NCBI GenBank assembly: GCA_905178155.1
Contig: CAJINV010000001.1
Span: forward strand, 10,906,311 to 10,970,310
Direction of reading: 5' to 3'
Source: Amoebophrya sp. A120
Taxonomy: Eukaryota > Protista > Dinoflagellata
Length of the DNA stretch: 64,000 bases
Shown here: piece by piece, positions 46,380-58,150 of the stretch
Numbering within the stretch: position 1 is the first letter of the stretch
Layout: each line of letters begins with the position of its first letter
Position numbers and translations under genes: made by a program
Notes under the pieces: model-generated
Seen by the model: only the letters and a program-made list of their open reading frames with translations
What the model was told of the DNA's origin: nothing
Databases searched by the model: none

Positions 46380-48189
46380 ACGAGCAGACTCATTTTTCGG
46401 TAGTAATTCTTGTATCAAAAAGAAATACTTGCAACAACTTCCAGTTCATCCAATTTTATATGATAGATTCATCCATCCACGACACACAACAGTGGTCGGG
46501 AAGCAGCGCAACACTGTTGAATTTTCCGGATCCGAAACTAGTGTCCGCGCTTTCCCATCTGGATTGCGGCATGCAGCCTCTGGGTGACATTGCGCCCTGC
46601 AGTACAGAAGTCACCTCGCCGGCGGACCCCGAGCAGTATGGCGCACGGTCGAACCCGGCACTTTTTCAAAAACCGTTAGGACTCATCAGGCCCTGTGAGC
46701 AAATCATTCCTGAAGAGTAGCGAATTTCATATCCCAAGACCGAAGACGCCTGCAAAACGCCCACCAACGACGTACAGTAAAATGTTTTTCTATTTCCATA
46801 GCTGTGTTTATGTTTGGAATTTCTGCAACCAAGGTCTCAATGTGTGTTTGTAGTATGTACTCGAAAAAAAAAAAAGGTTTCGTTCATCAAATGGTTGAGT
46901 AAAGGTTTCGATACTCCTCCTCTTATCAACAATAAAGGAGCTGCGCTTTGATAATTTACGATTGATAGGTGACACCCAATTCTAACCGAAGGCGCGTTTT
47001 TACATCTTATCGTGGCTGCAGGGCTTTAGCAAATCCTGACTTATTCCTTAGGCGGAAACACCCTTACATACAATTATGGCATGACGCGAGGTGGAAGGAG
47101 GTCGAGTCTCCCTTCTTCGTGAATTTTTCTGTTTTCAAGCTCAAATACTGTCATAGCACGTACTACGGAAAAGATATTCTGGATCAAGTTCGAGTCATCT
47201 CGTGGGAGGCTTTTTCCTCTTCTTGCTACTCGTGGCAAGAGCAAGCACGGAAGTTCCGGCAGGTGAAAGGAATACTCATTTATTAATCCACAGCGAAAAA
47301 GCTGGCAGTGTTAGTGTAGGCGTAGGGTCGTTGGCAAGGATAGAGATAGTTCTCAACTCATGCTTAGCTCTTTTGTGCCGCGAGCAAATGCAAAATGGTG
47401 GCATGCTGCTTTACTTTCGTAAAGAGATGACTAAGTACATCAAGTAGTTTCAGTTGCACGTCTTTTGTAGATCGGTTCGCATGATAAAAACTGAGACGGC
47501 ATTTTGCAACTGCATCGCAGGAAAGTTGTGAAGAAGACCAGAACAATCACAATGACGGCTCGCTCCAACGTGAGGCGAAGACGAAATAAAGCAAAGCAAC
47601 AAGAAAATAAAACGAAAAAGCTAGACAGGGTCATCAACGTCTTCTGCCCACCCAACTGGTACACAGCTCAGCTGTTGCTTTGTCCTGCTCCAGGTGCCAA
47701 CTGTTCTTGTAAATTGCATTTGAGTTGTTCTTGTTATTCTCTGTGCTGGGTACATCGTCACTATCGGTTGGGGGTGTAGTTGCAATCGCATTTCGGTTCC
47801 AAGAGATCAACATCTATCGTGTTTGTGCGCTCGTGGGGCTTCTGGTTGAAAAAAAGTATCTTCGCTCGGTGTAGTTTTGGGCCCGCACATACAGTCGCGA
47901 AGAAACTTTACTGATGTAATTCGTTTCGTGCGTAGGAATAAGAAAAAGTAGAAGAGTACCAGAAGTAGGCGGTGATGGTATCCGCGGCGGATGATCCTCC
48001 GTCGGAGTCAGTGGTGAAATAATTTTCTGAATTTTACTTCTGCTTATGATCTCTCTGCACCAAGTAGTTTATTTTATTTGCCGTGCGTTTTTTTCAAAAC
48101 CAAAGTACGACTATGATACGTAAGTAAAAAAAATATCATGTTTGGCTGAATGTAAAGTTTGAAGTTCTGTTGACAGTTTAAACAAGAAG

Positions 48190-51100
48190 ATGCCTGCCTC
48201 CGGTAATAGCCGGAGCGTCGGTCCAGGTTCCGACAAGGTGGGCCTGTACCGCAATAAAACGCCCGAGCGTGTGGGTGCGCGTGCCTTGACGCCTAGTCTC
48301 GCAGCGCCCGGCCTCCTGTCCTCCCGTCCACAGACCGCACCAGGCAGGAGTAAAGATAGTAAAGGGAAGAAGGCTTCGAAGTTCAGTCGGCTGCACCAGC
48401 CCGACGAGGTTGTCGAAGATGAGCATTTCAGTGTGATTACGAAGCGATTAGGCGACCGTCCGCCGGAGCTGCTCGGGGCCGCACGGGACGACGAAGACGG
48501 CCAGGTGAAGGCGCTGCCGTGGCTGCCCCACGACCCCTCGTCGAAGCTGGTCACGCAACTGGAGCCGGATTTTCTCTTTCGCGGCGAGGCGAGCACGCAC
48601 CTGATGAGCGATTTAAAGCTGTTTCTGGAGAAGGACAGCGACTGGCGGGAAAATTTGGTCAAGTTCACACACTTCTACATCACGGGCTCCTGGCACGCGA
48701 GTGCGGTCAGGCGGTACATCCAGGACGTCGAGCAGAATCGGCGCCCCTTGCCCGAAAACAAAAACCAGCTTCCAGTGCAGGTTCCCTTCGACGCGATTTC
48801 CCTAGCGAAGTTCAGCACCGCGAAGGAGAAAATCAAGGTGAAAGACAGTGACAGCACCTTGCTCAGCGGGTACTGCTGGGACCCGCAGGAGATTGTCACG
48901 CAGGACCTGGAAGAATTTGTCACGGGGCGATTTTTCACGCCACGGACCAGACAAGAATTGGAGAAAAAGCTCGGCGAGCACTACCGAGTGCCCGACGTGT
49001 TGACCGACGCTTCGGCTGTTTCTCTCCTCCAGGCGAAGAAGCCGAAAAACCTGAAAAGGGACCAAACGGTCGTGCTGGATTTACTCGCGACGCTGACCCT
49101 CGGGTGTCAAATCACGAAAGCGTTGACACTGCAAGGGTGCATGGAGATCGCGAACCCGTCGTGTCGGAGCGCAAACCTTCGCCGGTCTCTGCACGCGGCG
49201 CGGAAGAGCGTGTTCGAGCAGTTGCGAAAAATAATGGTGTTCACCTGTTCGCGCCGTGATTTCTCCGGTTTGAGCGAAGACCTGGACACACTTTTGTCCC
49301 AGCACCCGCTGCTGTGCTTCAATCCGGTGTTTACCCACCAGGGCGGGGGCTTTGTGCCGGACGGCTGTCTGGAAATGGAGATTGACAGCAGCTTGAAGCC
49401 GATGAACGTGGACGGTCTCCGCCCGGTCACCGGGCAAGCGCACGACAGTGCCGGCGTCTCGTATCAAATGTAAAAGTGTCTGGGTCTGGTTCTGGAAGAG
49501 TCATGCTGTTTCTGCATGACACAGAAGGTCTGGCATGGAAGCTCTAGCATCACAAGTTTCGAGAAGCCTCCGCAATGCCGAAAGAATCCGCATGACAAAC
49601 CCACCTTCCCTGCGTGACAGCCATCTGCGGCTGTTTGCACAGGGGGAGGCAAAGTGTGTCGCACTTCGGTTTAGCATGACAAATCCCTGCTTTTGGTAAC
49701 AGAAAGTGGGAACTTTTGCTGCCTATGCATGAGAGATTTTTCTGTGTTCTGAAATGCGCATCACAAGTTTGAAATCTTCCAGACCCAGACATTTTTACAT
49801 TTGATATCTCGGAGCTTCCGACAAATCTCACCGCAAAACAGGTGGTGCAGGAGCGGCGAGCCGGGCAGAAGCCGCCGACGTTCAGCCCGACCTCTCCGTT
49901 GAAGATGGTGAGTGCGGAACACGATGAGGTGCTGATCGGGCCGGGCGTCCAGTGGGACCACCGAGACGACGAAAAGTTTTACAACCTGACCAAACAAGCG
50001 GATACGAACCGGGAGGTCGTTTCCGCCGAGGCAGCGGCGTTGATTGCCACTGGTGGCCGGTCAACTAGTACCGAACCCGCACCAGTACCAGTAGGTGCTG
50101 CGGCTGCCGGAGCAGGCGCATCGGCCAGTGGTTCAGAGTCGGACGTCCGACTGAAAATTCCGCCAAAGCGGCCGCACGCCTACTACGACTACACTCCGGC
50201 CGAGGTACCGCTCCGGCCCGTCACATCCGCGAAAAACAAAGCTTTCATGGCAAAGACAGAATCCGGACTGGTCTCTGGTTCCGCGATGGAATTTTCCGCG
50301 ACGTCATCTGAAGACGAGAGCGCGAAGAGGATGAAAGCGAGCACCGAGAATGGCGGCCTATTTGGGTGGCTGGACCGAAAAGAAGCACCGCCCGAGTCCG
50401 AGGCTTCCGAGGAGCCGCTATCGCCCGAAGAGATTTTGCATCAATATGAAGAGCTCGCGCGGGAAACCAGGATGAAGCTGATCCGCGAAACGCTGTGCCG
50501 AACTGAGGAGCTGCTGGAAAACGGCACGTGCCCGGATTGCGGCTGTTTGATTCAAAAACCGAAGCGAAACGTCGACGAGGAGGAGTCCGACGCGGAGTCC
50601 GTGCACAACGACGCAGACGTCGCGAAAATCGCCAGTCTCGAGGAGCAGAAATTGAAGCAGAAGAACGAAATCGACAAATTGAGAGCGGACGTGCGGATCA
50701 AAAACGGGGAGCTGAAGGAGATGGAGGACCAAATTGTGCAGCAGAAAAATGAGATCGCGCGCCTGCAGAACGAGTGCGATAAGAAAGACATCCAATTGGT
50801 GGAGCTGGGGACGAGTCACTTGCAGGTGAGCGATCACCACGATTTCTTGGTGAAGTCCTTGTACAACTGCTTGGAAGTGTCGGGGAACGAAAAACACTTC
50901 AAAAAGCTGTGTGACATGGACAAGGACTTGCAGAGCGCGAAGGACCTAGACTTGATGCAACGAACGCAAGGGGAATTCCTGGTTTTCCTCGGCCTTCCGC
51001 CGGAAATCGGGGAGCGGCTCGAGGACGCGAAGGCGGCAAGCTGGGCCAACTTGGAGAAAGCGTTGCTGGAGGAGCTGGCGAATTGCTTCCCGAAAGTGCC

Positions 51101-54100
51101 GCAGGCAGGGCTGCAATTCAAAGTTGAGGTGAGAGCCGTCGACCATTTTCTACCTGCGCCGGCCAGTCGCGACGGGGTAGTGGCCAATTCCTTGGCGGAT
51201 TTCAACCGGAGGTGCGAGCGGTTCTTCAGCGTAGGAAAGGAATTTCATGCCGTGTCGATGTCTCTGAATCCGGCGGAACAATCCTCCTCCGGCGAGCAAC
51301 AGGACGAGAGTGAGGACATCAGTAACGAGAAGGGTGTTTCTCTAGGCGTGTTGTTCACACTGAAAGTGCCGGATGCGATGTCCTCGGTCCATTTGGAACC
51401 GCCGGAGCCGCCCGTGGATTTGTCCGCTCTCAACATGGAAGAAGGGGGTTCGGAAGAGGTGGCTGCGGTGCCGGCTTCGCAGCAGATTCCCGTCGGTTTG
51501 CCGGAAGGTTTTTACCCTGGGAAGGAGGTGGTCGGGAAATTGTCGTCTTCCACCTCCTTGTGGGCGCGCTTCGCTCCCGTTCTGGTGAAAAACACGAAGG
51601 ATATCCCGCTTCTTCCTTTGACGCCGGACGGCTCGCCCGACGACCAAGCGAACAACGCGCTGCTGCTGCCCGCGCACCTCGTCGACGAAGATGTCTTCGC
51701 CCAGTGTGGGCAAATGAAATTCGTGTCCGCGCAGGAAACAACATCGCGCGGAAATAGAGCAACCGCGCAAGTACAGCCGCGACTCTCCGGGCCGACGAGG
51801 TTGTTGAAAGCGTCTATGGGCGGGCGGGAAACCAACCCTTTTGCGATGCTGGACCCCTTGCTCCAGCCGGAGGCGCCGAACCGACCGACCATTCCACAGC
51901 GGGAACGCGGGATCTTGCTCGTGCCGGACGAGTTTTCCAAAGCGTTCAAAGCCTACACGACAAGCGTTGTGAACCGCGCCGGCTTCGATGAATTTCTCCG
52001 GTATCGGGTGTTGGCGAACCGCTTGACCTTTGACGCGCTGGTGCGGGAGTTTTCTGCGTTAACGCACCGGGTCCCCGAGGCCTGCGCCCTCGCGGGGAAG
52101 GAGAAGCAGATTATGGAAAGCCAGATGTACTCGCTGTTGAAAGCCTTGCGGGAACTGGAAGCAGAGCACTTGTACCTGCAGCAGCAATACGACGAGCTGG
52201 AGGTTTTCGCGGCGGGTCTCCGCGACGAGCTGGACCAGACCAAGGCGCAGCTGGCCGCGATGATGGAACAAAACGCGCAGCTGCAGGAGGAAAACGCGTC
52301 GTTGCAGGCCCAGTTGGCCAAGATCGAGGCGGAGGCGGGCGAATATGGCGTTCTCAAACGTTACATTCTCAACTGTTACATGATTTGTCATGCAAAATCA
52401 CAAGTAGAATTGATACGATCAAGCTGCTCCGCATGACAAATTCTCGAAGAGCCAAACAGGCTGAGAATCTGTGCCAAATCTGTCATGCTAGACGCGCAAC
52501 GTCACCTCTTTGACTTTTGCCATTCTTGCATCACAAATTCATGTAACAGTTGAGAATGTAACAGTTGAGAACGCCATAGCGAAGCGTTGACGCGTATCAA
52601 ACAGCTGGAGGAACTTCTGCGCGCCGCGGAGCAGGAGAAGGCGGAGCTGCTGTTGGCCATCGAGGAGCTGCGGTCCCGGATCGAGCAGCTCGAGCGCGAG
52701 GGTCCGAGTCGGGAGGTGCAGCAGGCGATGGCGCAGCACGGCTTGAGGTCGCAGGACTTGAGCCACACGCTGGGGGGCAGCAGCGACGACGATGGCAGCG
52801 GGTCCCCGAAGCGGCGGAAAAAGAAGGTGCGGGACCGGTCCGTGTTTGACCGGTTGTATCAGGACGCGCGCAACCGCCTGATTCGCCTGCAGGAGCTGCA
52901 GAGGCAGTTCAAGCTCGCGATGGAGGAGCAGCGGTTGAAAATTTTGAAGTGCGTGGAGGGGCACACCAGTCTGTTTCCCGATTTCCTCTTTATCGACGAA
53001 GACCTTTCGGACGTGGACAACCTGACTTCCTTCGTCCTCGAGCACTGCGGCGCCAGCGCCGTGCGGGACGGGCGGCAGGCGCACTGGATGGCACAGACCG
53101 GCGGACGGCCGTGGAGCAGTCCGGCGCGACAGCAAGAGGGTATGAACGCAGACCACGGCAACTACAACCGCACATCCTCCGCAGGCACGAAAAACGGTAG
53201 TGCGAAGAACCGGACGTCAATGGGCGGCTCTACGCGACCCGGTAGCGCAGCGGGTACGTGGAGCAGCCGGCCAATGTCCCGCGCCTCGTCCTCTTCCGGC
53301 GCGCCCACGAGCGCGGGAGGGCAGGCTCTATCCCGCGCGTCATCGCCCCCGAGCCGGATGGCCACCAAGAACAGGGTGTCTGGAACGTTGACGGTGAGTA
53401 ACAGGTACGAAAACGCGCGGAACAGTCGGAAGCGCTTCCTCTACGAGGATATCAGTGCAATGACGAACAGCAACAGCAAGTTACTGAAAGAGGAACTAAA
53501 GCCGTTGATTCCCGTCACCCCTCGCGCCGCAACCACGAACAACATGCAGGGAATGCTTGCTGCCGTCCCGAACGCCGAGAGGCACCAGAGTAGCAGAAAC
53601 GCATCGGCGTCCACGGCATCCGCGTTCGATCCACGGAACTCTGGTACCGTGGGGGGTGATGCGTCCTCCACATCAGAGCAGACGACGGCCACTGCTGAGG
53701 CGAAGAACCGCAGTAGGAGCACGCGGAACAGTGCGTCCGTCGCGGTGTACCAGCCACATCTTCCCGTTACTGCGGAGCAAGAAGAAATGGAGGTCGATGT
53801 TGGTCGTGAGGGTGCAGATCACACTGCTTCTTCCCCGGCTCGACCGGGTTCGGCCAATATCGCACGCTCGCCGTCGTCGGCGGCCGCGCAGCGGCTGCTG
53901 TTTTATCCCGACCGGGGGCCGGAGCTGTCGATTCATGATCTGGTGTTACATGCGCAGGGAATCCAGCCGAAATCGTTCCGGATGCAAACACAGGAGGAAA
54001 ATGAGAAAAAGCTGGACAACAGAAACGAAAAAACTAGCGATAGCCGACTGGGTCAGAACAGAAGCCCAAACAGAGTTGTGAGCAGGAGCAACGTCTCATC

Positions 54101-55001
54101 TACTTCGCCAAACAAAACGGCGGTGACAGAATTGCAACTAGAGTACCCAACAGCGAACGGATCGTCTTCTGCCGTGATGAGCAGTACAACGGGACAGTCG
54201 ACCGAAAACACGACCTCTGCAACTGGATCGCACAACAGGCGACCATCTTCCGGTGGCGCCGCGAATCTCCACCGCCGTTCACAGCTCGCCAAGCAACAAC
54301 TGCAACAGAGCGGCAACGGCGGGCAGTTTGGGATAAGGATCAGCCACTTCGATCGCGGCGGCAAAGATAACGCAGAGATGAATCTCCTCGAACCGCCAGA
54401 CTACGAGACAATAGCGAATCCGTTTACGCCCACGAACGAGAAGAGCGTCGGTGTAGAAGGTTTTCAGACGCCAAAGGAGGCGGTTCGCCCGTGGTCCTCC
54501 TCCTCCTCGAGCAGCAATTTGCTTCTGCACAGTGGCGGAAATAACTACAACTCCGCGGCGCAAGGGAAAACGGGGCTGTTGATGTCCTTGCGACGCCAGG
54601 ACAGTGCGCTGCGCATGCGGAACCAAATCAGTACCTCTGCTTCTGGTCGACAGCAGCGACAAAATAAGGCTATGGCCCCGTGTTCGCCAAACACGCAGGA
54701 TGGTGAGTCGATTACCGTGGAGCCGGATTTGCAGATATCCTCTTTGAGCCCGCAAAAAAGACCGGGCAATTCGAAGTGGCAAGCACCGAACCAGCCGCGC
54801 AAGGTGTATTCCGTGCCGGCAAATCGATCGAGCATTCCGCTGGATCGGGTTCTTGGTGCTCGCATTCACTCCGCACCTACCAACGCGGAATCCGCGCTTC
54901 CCGAGCTGCAACCCGGGGCGCGGCGCAGACCGCACACGGCTGGAGGGGCTTCGTCATCCGGCGGAGCAAGTGCGCAAGCAAGGCCGCCAAGACCGAAGTG
55001 A
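48190..55001 (+). CDS. Large coiled-coil protein (about 2073 aa), possibly cytoskeletal or centrosomal
   Basis: ORFs 48190, 49842 and 52587 fuse in frame after removing the elements at 49462 and 52344 (6222 nt remain). Heptad-rich segments and a SVFDRLYQDA motif. Confidence 0.8.
49462..49806. mobile_element. TIR introner, family A copy 3 (inverted relative to 7290)
   Basis: Same TIR (the left arm has a small TCTGGT-type duplication), TSD TCTCG, and an interior matching the reverse complement of copy 1. Frame restored (AGVSELPTNLTAKQVVQERR). Confidence 0.93.
52344..52578. mobile_element. TIR introner, family D copy 1
   Basis: About 40-bp TIR TATGGCGTTCTCAA..GTTACATTCTCAACTGTTACATGA; TSD GCGAA; frame restored (EAGEALTRIKQLEE). 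Confidence 0.93.
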
Positions 55002-55963
55002 AACAAGTTCAGAAACAAACCCAATGGCAATCCAAACCAATGTATGAAAATTTTGATCGTTCGTCGAATGCTGCATATGCATTACTTATCGGTAGGCTTT
55101 TTTCGTTGAAACTCAGAATCAGAAATGGAGGTTTTGGGCGGTCTCACCACCGCAACCCGTATTAATCGTTATCGTTGGTTTGTGTTTCATTTGTTGGTCT
55201 AAAGTTTTTCCTGTAGAATACTCCCTGACATTCAGCTTCAGAAGATGAGAACGAAGCACTTGTTTCTTGGACGTGGACCCGTAGCAATAGGCTATAAAAA
55301 TTTTCTGCTTCCGCGATGCACCTGCAGGCGATTCTCGCTGATGTTTTGTCCTGTCTCGTGTCTCTTGGTCTGGTGTCTGTTGACGGAGAAACTGGTACCC
55401 AGCAAAAAATCGTTCTTTTTGTGCTCATCATCGTATCGTGTGGAAAACGTACCAAAGATACAGCTCGACTTTCGTTCGAACGAGCGTGTAGAAGAGTTGT
55501 TTTCGTTCAGTCGGGTGGGTCGTTCACAGCATCAGAAGGAAAAGCAACAGATTGATGAGTGCTCGATTTAAATGTAGCTTTCTGCTGCGTCGCCCCTAAA
55601 GATAAACCCTTCTACAACGACACTGCTGTCGACGCAAAGCTGCAGCCGTTAATATCACGATTGTGCAAGAAGTATACTTGAAATTGCAAAAAGTTTGTAG
55701 CTTTTTTTTGTTTGACTAGAAGGGGTTGGGTGTAAGCTGTAGACTGTCTGTTTCTGCTTTCCGAAGTACTCATTGAACATTACAAACTGGGTGTTAAGTT
55801 TTGTTCTCATTTTTGTTCGATTTGCTGTCTGTGAAAAAACCTTCGCGTTCTTCAGACCTGTAAACTTTACAGTAGTACTTCTTCCTAGCTGTAGCTACAA
55901 CTCAGAAGATATTATCAAAGACTCGCGACCATCAGTTTCTAACGCAGAAAGAATCTAAATTAA

Positions 55964-57298
55964 ATGTCGGGATTTTTCGGCGTGACTTCGTTGGGCCCTG
56001 GGCAGCCGATCGGATGCAACTTGCTGTCGACGTTGGGCGTGACGAGTTTTGCGGATGAGGATTTCAAAAAGGCCTTTGACACACTTGCGAGTGCGGACGG
56101 AAGCATACCAAGAATTGACGTGTATCTTTTTTCATCTTATCGCATATGGACGCAGACGCTTAGTCAGCATACAGTATGAACATTAGATGAAGTAGAAATG
56201 CTTTGCAATGACCCTTTTGATCGGATGGTAACCCATCTCCCAAAAAATATAAAGGTACGAATGCTTGACGCGGACGTACGGCTTCGAACCAATGCCAGAA
56301 GAAATCAACATCTTCGTTTATTACAATGAAAAATACCCCCACCCCCGAACTTGAAAGCATTTGTATTGCAAATCTTTCCAAATGAAACATTCGCCCTCTT
56401 GCGTGTATCAGCATCACAGATTTCCGATCGTGAATAGCAAAAATTTCTATTGCAAAAGATCCCAGCAAAAGCGGTGCTTGTCATGCAAGCGATGCGAAAC
56501 ACGACTAGAATCTGCATCAGAAAGATTCGTACTCCTTTCATGCATGACAAAAAGCTTTCATTTGGAAACTTCGCATCACAAATTCCTGCAATCAGGGGTG
56601 GGTGGCATTTTTCACTGTGATATCGTTTCCACCATGAAGCTGCAAGAGGAAGGCAGTCTCACCTGGAGCGAGTTCCTGGAGGGGCTCTTTGTGATTCGGG
56701 AAAAAGTGAAAAAGATCAGCAAGAAGGCGACACAGTACAATTCTTCAATCTTTCATGCTTTTGGCTGTTCTGTTCCTTTTTGAAATGTTTGTTCACATAT
56801 GATCGAGGGGGTTGAGCAAAAGTCAGTGACTTTTTTCATTGGCGGAAAAATTACAAACAGCTACGACTCGTACCAAGATTCAATGGACGACAGAAGGAAG
56901 CATGCCCGCGTCAAGTACGGCCCAATGGAAATCTACAAGCGGCCCATGACCACGGCGCAAGCCGTTGGCTGGCATGAGGAAGAGGTACCTACAGCAAATT
57001 CCACGTTGTGGTCTCATCTCGTGTTAATCTGAACCTTAACCTTCATTTTCCTGCTTATAAAGAGCGTTTGCTTTTTCATCTTGTTGGAATTCGAATTTTC
57101 AGACGAGCGGTGCACGTTACCCATTCAAGACCGATCATGCACAGAATCTCTATACCTTTATTCTTGTTTCTTGAGCTTGTCTAAAAAGGGTGTGTGAATG
57201 AAAATACGCAGGTCTTCATTGACCGCTTCCCCAAGTCGTCCTGCGCCGAAACCAAGTATGCCGATGCGGTCATCAAGGCCGGGGTGCAGTTTGCTTAG
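55964..57298 (+). CDS. EF-hand-like protein (179 aa, 5 exons) with a C-terminal PxTxxQxxGW motif resembling ciliary microtubule inner proteins
   Basis: GT-AG introns 56122-56254, 56735-56860 and 56985-57211 plus the 56319 introner leave 540 nt. FKKAFDTLASADGSI and EEGSLTWSEFLE are EF-like helices; PMTTAQAVGW...CAETKYAD. Confidence 0.75.
56319..56622. mobile_element. TIR introner, family B copy 2 (inverted relative to 36548)
   Basis: TIR TATYACARTGAAAAATRCC; TSD TCGTT; frame restored (EEINIFVSTMKLQEE). Confidence 0.92.
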
Positions 57299-58150
57299 GC
57301 ATGTGTCGCGGACGAAATGACTACTTTTCCACGGAGCAAGTAACCAACGGGCAGCAGCGAGGCTGGGCTTTGGTGTGGATTAGTCACGACCCACGTTTAA
57401 AAATATCGTGTAGGTGTAACCATAAGAACCAACATAGTACTTACGTCATGAAATGACTACGATACTCAAGAAGATCATCGTGATCGTGCGCCGCGAGACA
57501 ATATGGTTGTACGTGATATTCCACCTGGACGACTCGAAGTCCATCACCGCAGTCTGTCTGGAGGGTTGCTTGCTCGCTGGCAAAAATCCTGGTTTGATTT
57601 CGCTTTGACGCTGAACTGCGGGAATCCGGAGCTTTTGAAAGAAGGGTGCTGAGCAGGTAGTCGCACTGTAAAATTAAGGGATTTAGCCTTTGTTCCGAGT
57701 TTTTCTTTGTTCTTCGGCGGTACTCCTGTAGGAGCCCCTCCGTCCTGGTACATAGCCTCAGGACGTGTCGAGTAGTTTATCACGTGCACAAACATGAAGA
57801 TCATGAGACCAGCGCGGGATTCTCACGCAGCTAGCGTCTCGTCCACAGGATAAAGGCCGAGATCGCAGAACGTTGCAGCGATCCAATGAGAGAAGTTATT
57901 CTTTTGACACCGAGCGTGAGCGGCTTCTAGTTTTTGCGTTGGTGGTCCGCCAGCACCGAGAGAGTGAACCGTAATTTTTTCTAGAGGAGCTGGAGATGAC
58001 CTTCACCTTTGCTTTAGCTTTATCGCACAATTAAGTACTGAATGCAAACCAAAGGCTTTTCGCTTCGATAGCGAAGATCATGGTGGTCAAGTGCCTTAAC
58101 CTTGACAACTTGCTGCAGCAGCAGTAGAACATCAAAGATTCATCAACACC

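Noticed and set aside
36654-56550. Near-identical short ORFs (MLIHARGRMFHLERFAIQML..., SNVKMSGSGR..., LIWGGGIFH...) recurring in the ORF track
   Set aside because: They are translations of repeated introner sequence, not genes or transposases.
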